Assembly (NCBI RefSeq): GCF_001194135.2
Contig: NC_068999.1
Coordinates: 16,746,476 to 16,810,475 of the forward strand
DNA length: 64,000 nucleotides
Source: Octopus bimaculoides
Lineage: Eukaryota
Reading direction: 5' to 3'
The notes under the pieces are model-generated. The model worked only from the letters and a program-made list of their open reading frames with translations, had not been told where the DNA came from and did not search any database. Each line of letters opens with the position of its first letter. Position 1 is the first letter of the stretch. The position numbers and the translations under genes are program-made. This document shows, piece by piece, positions 24,259 to 38,103 of the stretch.

Positions 24259-26050
24259 GTGCCTGGTATGCTATCGATCCCGCGAGCTCGACGATTCGGA
24301 AGAAATTACTGCAATATACCATGCAGTGGAGTGAACCTGGTGCCCCATCGTTGAAATGAGGAACACGTTCACTTTATAGCCCCAAGTTTGCAGCGATAAA
24401 TACGGATTTGCAATATATAATTCGTAGCTAGAAATCATGAGGCATACATGTAGTCGTCTTATCGATTCCGCACTTAATTCATGGAAAGATAAAAGGTAAG
24501 TTTTGATCATCACTAATGAAGTTGAATACAGAACATGAAACTTGTAACGAGACAAATTAGGACATTCCCTCCGGCCTTTAGCCAGTTTTTCAATGAACTT
24601 TCCTGATTTGAATTGATATAGATTTTTCATATTGGTATCTGAATCTGAAGAAACTATTGTCCTATCCTTCAAAAAATAGAAATGAATATACATAAATATA
24701 TATTAGTTAGTGGAATAAATGCAAGAAATAAGTCGCAAGAAGGAAGTCAAATATTTTGTCGGAACATTACTTTACAAGGCTGAAAAATGTTTTGTGTCCG
24801 ACACGTTATATTTGCATATTTCCTCGCCGAATGTTCTTTTCTCGGCAGTTCAATCTACATGGAAGTAGGGTGGTGTTATTTCATTCACGGGGCATGAAAT
24901 ACGAGGAATGTGACATTCAAATCGGTCATGTTGGAAATGGAAAGTTAGATAGACAAATCTAAAAATTCCCAGTATTTGTTCAGTGATGAATGCTCTACTA
25001 TTTCTGTAAGAATTAAATTTGATAAAGCACTAAAATACTAATCATTATGAAAAAAAGAATGTTGATCTGTTGTTACATTTAAAATTCGCTCTAGAACATT
25101 GCTAGTATATGTAAAATGTCCTCAAAATAATGAGTTGACTTCGACATATCTCTGCCGTACTGATACAAAAATTAAGCTATAATACTGCTGTGGTTTTTTA
25201 CCATTCCAGAAGGTCACCGATCTAGATCTAGCACCAGTCACTTCACAGTTTCCAGTAAATCTTTCCTGAATTCAAAAGGAAATCTCCCTTATTGGTGTGT
25301 GGCAAAACACATTTGGAATAACCTGTAGATTTCACATGTTTAGACTGGTCTGTGAACGTTGGAACGCGTGCGTATATAAAATATGTGTAAGCATATCTGA
25401 GGATGGATGAATGGGCGCCTTCCTTGCTTCAATACAAGAATGGTTATGTTCATTTATGAATATATGGAGAAGAGGAGAAGACGTGGCTAAAATATTCTTA
25501 GAGAAAATAAGGCAATAAACAATATATAAAATGAATTTGTCGATCTGCTACTCGATCTCTTGAAAATACTTTAAGAATCAAGTCTTGACACTGATATGAC
25601 GAGGAACATGATGTACAAAGAAAAGTGATAATACAATAATAATGATTATTATGCTGAAGAAGTAGAAAAGAAGGAGGAGTGATCATCCGTTTATTGGATT
25701 CCTTTGCCTTTTGTCTCTTTGATACATCTTTTATGAATGGTAATCCTAGTAAAATACTTGATTTTTCTTTCTTTTTACAGTATTTTTCTAAACATTATTC
25801 TCATTTGTTGTTCCTATATGTTATTTGTATCATAATTTATAGGTTTTTGTTGTCTTCATTTTTGTAGTTGTAGTGGCATACATGACTTGACAGATAAATC
25901 CATACTTTCTATCACAAATTTATTCATACACACACACACACACATACATACGTTACATACAATAACATACAAATGCACACACATATATATGCAGCATTCT
26001 CCCAACAATTATTATAGCCATAGTAAAACAAAATATCATTAAATCCATAC

Positions 26051-26090
26051 CTTTTGTAAATCCTGGAGCCATGCTGATCGATATTCGTTT
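26051..26090 (-). CDS. Candidate coding exon (40 nt)
   Basis: Acceptor ctatacag and donor AAG|gtatgg. In phase with 26478-26626 it gives VNEYRSAWLQDLQK. Confidence 0.3.
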
Positions 26091-26477
26091 CTGTATAGAT
26101 TTATTTATGTATCGATCTTTCATTTCTCTCCTTTCATATCATTGATTTTTCATCCACATTATACAACGAAAACAGATGGAGACGTTTACATGTATTGCAA
26201 CACAGGCATAATCCTTGTAATCCATATGTTGTTCGAAAAATGTCCTTACAACTCGTGTTTTGTACCTTATAAAACACAGTTTCTACAGCTTTTCTCACTA
26301 CAGCTACACGCTTATATATATGCATACTAGCTTTCTATACATACATGCACACATTAATACATAGTCACACACGCACACACACACACACTCATAGACACTC
26401 ACACTTGTATATGCATGTAAATATGAATGTATATCTTTATATCTGTCTAACTATATACCCTAACTCTACCTACTTAC

Positions 26478-26626
26478 ACATCCCCAGCAATATATATGTC
26501 TGCAGTTGGTTTTAGATCACGAACGTTTTGTATCTTTTCATTGAAATAACATTGCTTCCCAACAACCTGCTGAATTTTACGATCCCCTGAACCCCTTGCG
26601 TGGCAAATTAAGTAAGCATTCCTATT
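26478..26626 (-). CDS. Candidate coding exon (149 nt), possible fucosyltransferase-like (GT-B) segment
   Basis: Acceptor aaactag, 49 open codons NRNAYLICHARGSGDRKIQQVVGKQCYFNEKIQNVRDLKPTADIYIAGD, and consensus donor GT|gtaagt followed by a microsatellite-containing intron. The family guess rests on motif resemblance only. Confidence 0.35.
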
Positions 26627-27053
26627 CTAGTTTCAGAATCACTCTCGTTCAATGATCATCATTGAATTGGTCCCTCAACAGAATTATACGCCTCTGAATT
26701 AACGTGTCTCAGGAGGCTAGCATTCTAGAGACAAGTGTAAACTTAATGCAATTCGCAATCCGAGTTAGCAAGACAAAGCTTCTGTTAAGGTTATATCTTT
26801 TGAATTATAATTACAATTTATTTGATGTGCTTCTATACAGTTTCTGTCTACTCAGTTTCACTAAGCAAATTGTGGTTGGACCTGGGTCTATAGAATAAGC
26901 ATTTGAACAATTTGTCAAACAAAGTCTTCGAACCCAAAACTCGTAGTTGTGAAGCGGTCTTCACTTTTTGGTCATACCTACTTACATAATACATATATAC
27001 ATAAATACATGTGTGAGTGCGTGCGTGGGCGTGTGTGTATGTGTGTGTGAATT

Positions 27054-27121
<68 letters not shown>

Positions 27122-28297
27122 AACTATATATTAAAGCCGCATCTTCAAAAGAGCATGCAATGCTGGCCTTAAATCAATAGAAGATGGTGAACAACTCATC
27201 ACATTACTGAAACTAGGCCAGAACATAAGTTCCCCCAGAGGATTCTGCTGCCGGGCCTCCTTGTGACGTAATGGCTTATCTGCCTCTAGCGATTTCAGCA
27301 ATCGATACAGACGCCACCATTCAAGAAAATTCTTTCGCAATGCCAACCTATAATATACATACATACATACATACATACATGTATTATCTAGGCGTATAAG
27401 TGTGCATATGAACGTGTGTGTGTATGTATTTGTGTATGATCGTGCATGCATGTGTGTATGTATGCGTGAATATAGGTATATACACACATATGTGTATATC
27501 CAAGTTTTTTTTACTTCTACCTATTTTTGTAGCCTGTGTCATATATGTGGGTTACAGAAATATTTTATCTGCAGCAGTAACTGTATATCATATTTGCGCT
27601 ATGTGTGGTTCTTCTTTCAAGTAACAATCAATTTGTAATGAACCTTTTTGTATATACCTATTTAATTTGAATGTCTATGTAAATTATGAATCCAACGCAA
27701 CTAATAATTCGAAATGTTGTACTTCTAAAAGCTTCAAATATCAATACATAAAAAAATATTAACCTTCCACATAATTCAATAGGATTATCTGAATATGCAT
27801 TTCATAGATAAATTTTACTTAACTTCTGGCAAAAACAGTTCTGAATACATTTCATTTACCACAGCTTGCTACTGTTGACATTCAACGCTATCTTCAATAC
27901 CATACCTTCAAACTTCAATTAATATGTCTCCACAATACTCTCAAACAATTTTCCTCCTTTCAACTACCATAATTGGCAATTCCCTCTTTTTGATATACAA
28001 TGTCATATCGAGATACTTTATAATTTCTTCAAAGTTTTAAACGATTATTCACTAGTTTGTTTAGACTTCCATTTACGGTAACATCGCTGCATGTATTTAT
28101 ATTATTTCTATCAAAATCTCCTGCTATGTGGACACCCTATGTATAATACCTATATAATCTTCTCTTGATCAATACAAATATCCTCCTCTCCTATCACTTA
28201 ACAATATATCCCGTATACGCCCTTTAGCACACACGCACACACATATGCATGTATATACATATACATACATACACACATGCACGCGCTCACACACACA

Positions 28298-28334
<37 letters not shown>

Positions 28335-28359
28335 CATACACAGATAGATACATACATAT

Positions 28360-28478
<119 letters not shown>

Positions 28479-30614
28479 CAGCCAGTCATATGCATATATA
28501 GTCATATGTACATATGTATGCATATTGCATGTATCGGCAATGTATTTTGCAGACACGAGAAACATTTCTAAGACGAAAATTGTGTATATGTACTCTGTAT
28601 CAGCTGCAATATATATCTTATTATTTTACTTTATTGAATTGTTTTTAAAGTTGTTGCTAGTTACTTAAAACAGCAATATTTATCACTATGTGTATGTTTG
28701 TACGCCTACATAATGCATACATGTATATAAGTATATCACACACACACACACACAGACAAGCACACACACAAACATATATAGATATATGTATGTATATGTA
28801 TGTATTACGTGTATCTGTGAGTTATTTTGATGTGAAATGTTGCGTATACTATCCATTTCACGTACGCATCTGATTATTGTATGGTTGATTGTAAATTGGG
28901 ATAATTTTCTTTGAAAGGATCTTGGGTATTATGAACGTGCTCAGTAATAATAATCAACGTATTTCACCTCATCCAATAGATAATCAGTCCATAATTAAAT
29001 TTCTTACAGCCATGATTGAAACGCAAGTGTATCAAATTGCAGTTTTACTGCATTTCTAATTGTTTTACTTTTTAGTGACTTTCATATGGTGAACATCATT
29101 GGAAGTTAACGAGCCAAGAAATGCAATTAATGTTTGCATATTATTTTTCATTTGTTGCGTAAACTCGGGATGATTTTTAAACCTCACGTACATAAATCAT
29201 TTCAGATAATTTACATGGTTGGTGCATTTCATGAGATTTTAATACGACCATTAAGTTTTTGTGTGTGAGAGAGTGTGTGTGACTTTTAATTAAATGAGCA
29301 CGAAAAATTTAAAAAGAAATAACATAATACAAACAATTACCAAAAAAATCATCCAAAATAATCTGTGTATTCATGAAACCATATTAATTCCCATTAACGT
29401 GTTAATACTTTTAAAGTTTAAAATCAATGTAAGAGAATAATTTGCCACATTAATAATAGCTGCTGTATGCTATTTCTATCCAATCTACAAAAATAAATTT
29501 CAAAATATAGAAAAGTAATTATTTTGAAATTAACTAAATAGTAATTTATTGTGAAATATATGAGATATATTTTTTAAAGCGTTCATATTTTTATACAAAC
29601 TAGAAAACAAATTAATGATAATATTCCAAAAAGAAATCGTATAGCTAATAGATATAAACTTTGAAACAGAAAGGTGGAGAGGCTGAGTTATGCAAGATAG
29701 AAAAAAAAATAACTGAAAGGAAGAGGATTTAGAATTTTGCTTGAAACCTCAAACGCGTTTGGTTATTATGGATGAGAAGACTTTATAATGAGTATAAACC
29801 GTTATAATGTGGCATTCAATACGTTTCGCTTTCAAAGGATGCTCTTTTAAATTGGTGCATTGTATCAAATTAAATAACTATATCAAATTGTTTTCATTTT
29901 AGCTTTTAATTTTTGATGTGAAGAAATAAAGAAAAAATAAAATTTTATAGCAGAAAAAAAAATGGGTGCAAAGCTACATTAATAATTAAGCTTAAAAGAT
30001 TGTAATTGAAATGGTCGATGTTGTTTTCATTAAGCATTAAAAAAAAAAAAACGATTGAAATATTTTATTTACTGAAAAAAATATAAACATACCATTTAAT
30101 ACAGTGATGATATGAAATCGTGCTATTTATTAATGAGTGGGCAAAACAATGTTATCCAAACTACAACAAAAATGAAGCCATAGATTTTATTCAAAAGTAG
30201 CTTGGTGAAGACCATTGTTGTTGTCGACAGTGTTTCTGTTGCTGTTGTTTTGTGTCATGTTAAACAAAATTCAGCAGACACATATGCATAAGGGAAATAC
30301 AGTCGTGACTTTCCCGTATTTTCCCTACTAAAAGAGAAAACACATTCTTCACCCCGTTCTTTCTAAGGTATTAAGATGTAATTTGAGAGATATTAGGCTG
30401 GCATTTCTGGCCCTCGACTACTTGCTAGCACCGTAAGAGCACCATCCTGATCCTAACATATGGCACATCTTATTCATTTTAGAAACTATTTAAGCTGTCC
30501 CTCACTGTAGCCAACTTATTTCAGATGAGAATGTTAAAGATTAAGAGAGTTCGTGTGAAAGAAAGGGAGAAAATAGAGAGTCAGATAGAAAGAAAAATGA
30601 ATGAGAGACAACGA

Positions 30615-30752
30615 CTGCTACCTTATTTATCGACCTTCGAAAGGTGGGATAGCAAAACTGGGCTTAACGGATTTTGAACTCACGACGTAGAGAGCCAGGA
30701 TAATTACTGCAAATATATCTATCCGTTACTCTAACGATTTTAACAATCGCCA
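30615..30752 (-). mobile_element. Degenerate SINE family A
   Basis: TTATTTATCGACC..CGAAAGG...TTTTGAACTCACGACGT...CTCTAACGATT. Confidence 0.6.
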
Positions 30753-31705
30753 CTGCATATCATGTTGACTATTCTTTGTTTAGCTATATGTTGTCTCTGT
30801 TTAAGAATATTCCATATGTGACCAGTCTGCCAAATTTCAGCATGGTCGAAAGCTTCTACATATTCTTTTTCAAGAATCTGGAGATTAGGCCGTTATTTCT
30901 AGTATCTATAGTGACCATCTAAACGCCCATACGTTGTTTGCAGTTCTCTACATTTTTCAGTGGTGGGGGTGAAGTAATTTTAAACTTTCACGCTTTTATC
31001 AAATTCATTAACACCAGTCCATCACGGTGGAGTGACAAAGTCTTTAGACTGTCGCAGTGGATATCTTAAAGTATCTGTGCCAACTGACAGAGTTTTGGCA
31101 GCATGGCTGTGGTAGCATTTGTTTCACAATGTTCTTGCCTTTGCTTTCTCTTGAATGCCAGCGCTGGCCTAAAGGGGAGAGATTTGCTAGCATGGCAACA
31201 ATTGATCTTTCTCTACTGTATATTAAGATGCCATGTTGAGCCTGTGTCGTGAATAGGATATTTCGGTATTCTTACCAGACCTAAGGATATTCCGAATCAT
31301 TACTATTTAAAGAGAACTGTTTTACGATAGCATATATTGGCCCTATGGCTTACCGCTTACTTTGTGATTTTCGTTAATTTACTCACAAATATGATTCGTG
31401 ACATCAGCACCGAGACACAATTCTTTACTGTAATATATGTACTAAAACATATATAAAATTTAAAATCTGCTGTAATACATTATCACTGTCTATTATTTCC
31501 ACTCTTTTACAATTCTAACACATATGATAACTGAGGAAGTTAGACAAATATGAACCATTAATAGAGTACGCCATGTGAATTTGCTGTGATGAGTGTAGAG
31601 CCTAATATTTCAGGTCTAGTCTACTAAATAAATTAAAGTAAAGAAACAGAAAACGTGCATTATCTTTTAGACTGAAAGGACATAAGGCTATACAATATAT
31701 AAGTA

Positions 31706-31842
31706 GTTTAAATGCTGTCGGGGTCAGATTTGCTTTCATTCTTTCGGGGTCTATAAAATAAGTACCAGTTGAACAATGGGGTCAATGTAATCGACTTACC
31801 CCCTCTCTTGAAATTGCAGGCCTTGTGCCAAAATTTGAAATC
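31706..31842 (+). mobile_element. SINE family A, 3' two-thirds
   Basis: TTTGCTTTCATTCTTTCGGGGTCTATAAAATAAGTACCAGTTG...GTAATCGACTTACCCC...GGCCTTGTGCCAAAATTTGAAA. Confidence 0.85.
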
Positions 31843-34156
31843 AATTTATAAGTATTTAAAAAGTGTAGCCTTCGTCCTTAAGTCCACTCAGACTGGAAAC
31901 ATGATTGTCTCATTTAGAGACGTTATAAATTCATTGGTGTCCAAGATCATATATAAAATTATGATTTATGTTGCTGAAAATACTGTCTCCTTAATGCAGT
32001 TCCAGATATCCATATGCATAGCTGTTGTGAAGTACGGCAGAACAGTATAAACCTGTGTTGTAAATATTGCCATTGCTCTATTATTGATAAGTATGTGCAC
32101 TTAACAGAAAAGATTCTTGCAATATTAGGATGTTATGAATCATCCAATTTGAATTCTATTTCGTATGTTACAGATAAAATGTTTCCCTTAATCACATTGT
32201 TCTATATTTATTCGGTATTTATTCAAAATAGAATGCAAATCATTGTATGATATATCACATAATATCACACGCTGTATGTTTTATCATATAATATTAGATG
32301 TTGTTATTTTATGTTATACGTTTATTGTATTAAACATATTTTTAAATATATTATTGGTTTCAAACATTCTCGGGAATATGTCTAATATTATGGAACATTA
32401 TCTTACAATATGATAATAATCATTACCATTGCATACTTATCATTATGCATTATTATTGCTATCTAGCCTGTGACAGTGTATTGGCAAAATAGGGGTAACG
32501 TAAGATAGACTGTGTTATATAGAAGCGTTCATGAACGTTTGATTACAAATACTATCCCAATAAACTTTGAATTTTCTCCTTCTGTAACCGATACACTAAA
32601 CTACCACCAGTCAAGTACTGCTCTAATTTATTAACTGGTCCTCCCCCGTCAACATATCTGCCTTGCGTTAAGGGTAGAAATAATTCTTGGTAGCTAAACT
32701 ACGATTTGATTATGTAATAGTTAAAGGAGAAGGGCGCATACTCAAAACCATAGATTTGTGATACAGAAACATATAATGGTCAGATCGAAATTGTATAAGT
32801 CGATGATGTGAGAAAGAAAGAAAAAGAAAAACTCAGACAGTGTAGGAATTTAAAGATTAGTTTCGGTAGGAATGTGGTTAGTGAGAAAGAGCCGGGGTGA
32901 TGAGATATAGATGGAAATTATTGCTTGGGTATGCGAAAAATACGTTCAGAAGAGTAGAATTCATATTAGTAAATATATATATATATATATATATATATAC
33001 CCAATGATATTGCAGAAAACGAAGTAAAATACTTCTCTTTATTCTACATGGCAATAAAATGAAATGAATCGATTGAATTCTACCCTTACCCCAATATTTA
33101 ATTAAAGAAGGTTCGGAACTAATAAATGGTGAAAATGTCTTCAATATATATATACGCCATTGACACTATCAGATTATAATCCTTCTTTTCATAGCAGTAT
33201 GTTACGTTTGTATACATTTATATAATAAATAAAAACACATTTTAGAAAATTCTTATGTTTGATTTTTAATTTTATCTTCAGGAAATAGTTTATAGATCAA
33301 TTTAGAAGTCAGCGAATTGAAGTCACTATATGATTAAATGCTTTCAATCAAATCGGCAGGAAATATAATATTACGTAAAGTATTCCTGGGAGAAATATAC
33401 ATAATCTATGACAAGAATGGTTTCTCTCCTTTAACACCAATTATTTTAACCCCTCTTTTACATAAAGGACTATAGTGTTCATGAATATACAACATTTCCA
33501 ATATTCCTTGAATTTTATTATATTTAAGATAATTTTTAATGCAGTTTCCAATTGAAAAGCAACACAGCGCATACACAGATAAAAATTTTAAGACGAACCC
33601 CTAGGAAAATATCAACACGGTATTGCATGTATTGCTAAATTTCTGTGGTCTGTGTTTATGGGCCTCTGTGTGCGTACATGTGTGTGAGTCCGTTTTCTAT
33701 GCGTCTATCTATCTATCTATGTTTCATATTCATTATATATATATTAGCGTGGCTTCGGAAGGCAAAGAAGAAACCTTAAAATATAAAGAGTTTAAAAGTC
33801 ACCCTTTAAGTGCGATATGTGAAACATCTTAAGTGAGATTCACGATTGAAGAAATACACCGTGGTGGCTTATTTCGCTCATATTTATCGACTACAAATTA
33901 TTAACACAAAGTAGAAAAAAATATGTACTGCCTTAAGAAAGAGTATATTGCAATTTCTGGTGTGCTTTGAAGTCATGAAGTGAAAGTTAGCAAAAATACA
34001 AGCACAAACGATAAATGATCGTAGCATGAAGCAAACCTCAGAAACTACCACCACTACAACCACCACAACCACCAACAACGACAGTTACTGCTGCTTCTGC
34101 TACTACAGCTATTAATATTAATAATACTGATAATAGTAATGATAATAATAATAATT

Positions 34157-34187
<31 letters not shown>

Positions 34188-34364
34188 GTTACAGCAAACC
34201 GAATAATTGAAAATAAGAAAACAATTTAACGAATATCAAAATAAATGAAAATAAACATACACATGTGCCCACTACGCAAGCACACATGACTATGCATATT
34301 TACGCTTATGTTTTTTTTATGAATGCTTGTGTGGATGCATACAAGTATATGCACATAAATATAC

Positions 34365-34436
<72 letters not shown>

Positions 34437-36427
34437 GTATGTATTTATATATATATATATATTTGTGCGTGTTAGTGTTTCTGCGCACAATTTAATATCC
34501 GATGATTATCAATATATTTCTCCGTTTAAGCTTTAAAGGCAATGTTATTCTTTTTTTTTTTTTTCAAAAATCAATATGTTGGAGAACAGCGTGTATTTTA
34601 GCCTCAAATTTCCTGAAAATCTGCTTTTTCATAATATGAAGATGAAAAATGGCGAACATGTGTGTGCACGCGCGTGCATGTTCCTGAGTGTGTGTGTGTG
34701 TATGTATAAGTTCGACAGAAATATCGAGCAGAGCCAAAGGGGTGATACACTGGTTATGGGTCCGCACTGGCATTAGTGGTAGCTCTTCTGCGTCCATCGT
34801 CAATTTACTCGAGATTTAGAAAATTGAATTTTAAATGGCTTATTTGTAATGTGTTAATTACTTAGATTAAAAATCGAAAGAATACAAGTACTTATAAGTA
34901 CTTCATTTATATTTTTAAAAGTGTCGTTTGATGTGGGTGGTCGCACCATAATCATCTTTCTCTAATATCCATAAACAATTCGTAAATTAACATACAATAG
35001 GGCACGGATTTCTTCATATAATCAGTTAGAAGCGCAAACCATGTGCAACATTGAAAACTAAGAGCCTAACTCAAAGGCAGAACGAATGATATATAAGTGG
35101 TGTATGGTATTAAATCTTTATACAATGTGCAATTTACATCTTGCGACACTTGTACATAATCTTAAATGCGTCCAGATTTGCGACAAAACTCGGCTTTTTA
35201 AGAGATAAGTCTGAGTAATGAAACTATAGGACAAACAATGCGACCAAACATTATATATCAAAATCCAGCGATTCTATTCAAGAATATATAGGTAAATTCT
35301 ATAGCTCAGGAATTATGATATCACTAATATCAGTTAGGATATCATGTATGCAAAATAGTTAAAAGTAGCTAAAAATCCATGCCTATAATTCCCAGCATAA
35401 GTTCCGAAACAAAAAGATATAATTGAGTGGTAAACTGTTGTGGGTAATACTTTCTTTCTAAGATTGAATGAGCATGTATTGGCTTGGCACTGTACTTTTC
35501 TACAAGGTGGAATAAAAAAAAAAAGAGAATTATTGGCATAAGAATCCATTTTCAAGATGTATATCATCTTAATGCTATAGAACAAAGGTACACAATCTGG
35601 AAAGCTACGGTATAGTCTCTGCAGTTATTCGTGAATAGGATAGAATAGAGGAAGATAAGAAATCAGGGGCGAGAACTGTGAAGTGGAAAAAAGTAAAATA
35701 GAGAAAACTCGACAGGAAGAAATGTAGAGTAGATTTGTGGCAAGGAGTGAAGAGAATAGAAGAGTGGTGAGTCAGTGCACCGATATTTGGTGATGCATAA
35801 CGTTTATGAGGAGTGGAAAGAGAATACCGAAAGTGGTAGGACATACTGTGTCATGAATGTGAAGCATATTGGACTTACGCGTACGTATATGCTTAGCCAA
35901 TAATTGTAAATTGAGTTTCTTAGGATGTGTAAGTTAGAAAATGTTGCCGCTACTGTATGTTAAATATTGCCCGACCGAATCAGCATTCTCTAGCTTTCTA
36001 GAGATACACCATACACCAGTCCTCTATCTATCTATCTATCTATCTATATATATATATATAGATAGATAAGTTTTGCGACTGTATTCCAGTGTTTGAACGA
36101 ATAGATGTGTAGCCTACAGCGGGATTTAAGTGAGTTACTTGAATAACCTTAATATGTATGTGTATAAACGAGACATGCTCAATAACACACACACACACAC
36201 AAACATGCACTCCCAAACGAGCACACTCACACACACACACACACACACACACATACCTCACACACATATGAGCATTCCCATTTAATCTTACCTCTTAAGA
36301 ATATGATTTAATCTCATCTAATCCTCAAAACAATTTCGATTTCTTTCACTGAACAATTTACTTAAACACATTTGCGATATTTTCATATCCTTTTTATTTT
36401 AGTTTTTAAGTATAAGTTATCGGTATA

Positions 36428-36481
36428 AGAAGAAATGAATGGAGTGACATACAGTGGTATGTCACTCCATTCATTTCTTCT
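36428..36481. repeat. Perfect 25-bp inverted repeat with 4-nt loop
   Basis: AGAAGAAATGAATGGAGTGACATAC-AGTG-GTATGTCACTCCATTCATTTCTTCT, extendable by TTATCG/CGATAA across a 5-nt bulge. Confidence 0.95.
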
Positions 36482-36645
36482 CGATAATACCACTAAAGAA
36501 GGAGAACTATTTTATTAGGATGTTGAAGTGATAAAATTTAGGCAGATTTCTATTAAATATCTAGCAAAAAATTATGTCCGTCAATATATACATATGCATT
36601 TGGAGGTGTATATATATTTAAGAGCGAATGACATATTCTTTAAAA

Positions 36646-36924
36646 CAGTGGTTCAGGCTGCTTCCTCCTTGGCACTCAGACCATTTTCCACCCCTAGCAC
36701 TCACCACTACAAACGCAGACCGCTTTCAGCAGCAATTTCAATGCAAAAGTCTTTCACAAATAAACAACGTAATGAAGCCATTATTTTGTTGATTTTACAT
36801 TCTTCACCTCCCACGTTGGCCCACCCCGTTATCACCATACTTTCATACTTTTCTACGGCGACCCCATCCCTGGACCTTTTTACCACTTCCAAGAGGGCAC
36901 TACCAGCTGCTTTGGGAACCACTG
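36646..36924. mobile_element. Non-autonomous hAT (Charlie-type) element
   Basis: Ends CAGTGGTTC...GAACCACTG. The 8-bp flanks CTTTAAAA (36638-45) and GTTTATAA (36925-32) match at 6 of 8 positions with central TA. Confidence 0.75.
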
Positions 36925-37411
36925 GTTTATAAGATCGCTCCTCAACCACGAGGTTCAGTATTTTAATCCACTGCGCAGCAGCTTGGTCACGGTCAATTTT
37001 CTATTACTTCAAGTCAACCTATTCAGTGTGAATGAAAGTGGTACAGGGAAACTGTATAAAAACTCGAGGGAATCATTAGTTCTAAAGGTACAGACCTCCC
37101 ACCATTCTGTATTACGAGATTTTATCTAAGAACTACGTTAATGGTATATTTGTTAATTAATATAACGTTGGATCACTTTTGAAAATTTAGGGCCAATTTA
37201 AACCATGAAGATAACTGCGTCTACTTACACACGAATTTCAGAAAAATGATCCGTCATACATGCAGTGTCAACCAAAAGTTTTTGAATGAAACTCGGTAGA
37301 CAGCAATGTATGAAAGCCTGGCATATTCAAGTATGTATATGTGTGCTTTCTATCTATATCTCTACCTATCTGTCTGTACACACACACACGCACAGATATA
37401 TACAAACACAC

Positions 37412-37453
<42 letters not shown>

Positions 37454-38103
37454 TGTATATGTGTGTCTGTATTTCTATCTGATAAATTTGATGTCACTGA
37501 CATTTCGACACTCATATCACAACACCATGTGACCAATAAAAGGCGGAAACTCCGGTAGACATTTTGATCGTCCCCAGTCTCGCCAATTGGTCGCACATGT
37601 CTGACGAGCTGAAACGAATGACAAGCCTACGAAATTCAAGCTATACGCGCGCGCCGACATAGTCCTTGAAAACTATATTTCTGTTATATTTGAACAACAG
37701 CCCAGCGATTCTACGAAACTCTTTCGTTTCATTAAATTCAAACCAACCCGAAAGATAAATTTCTACAGATGCGTTGGTCCCTATTCAACATGTGAGACAT
37801 TGGTTCCCTAAATAATTGACTGACCTAAGAGGTGCGAACGCTTGCACGGATACTTTTAATCTGAATTCTTAAATATTTAGCCAACAGAATTTAATTACAT
37901 TGTAACCTTTTCTAACTTTGATAAGGGAATCCATGGTAACAAATGCGTTTTCTATTGGGAAATCATTAAAATCATAATAATGAATGATTTCTATGCTACA
38001 TAGGTAAATCAATTAAAAAGTAGGTCAGCTTATATTTGTTTTGGTGTCTTAAATTAAATGTTGACATATTTCTCTTTAACCATGCAATTCTTTTAATGAT
38101 ATA

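Noticed and set aside
27660-28146. Possible Tc1-like end ATGTGGACACCCTATGTA at about 28126-28143
   Set aside because: No matching opposite TIR and no convincing transposase translation.
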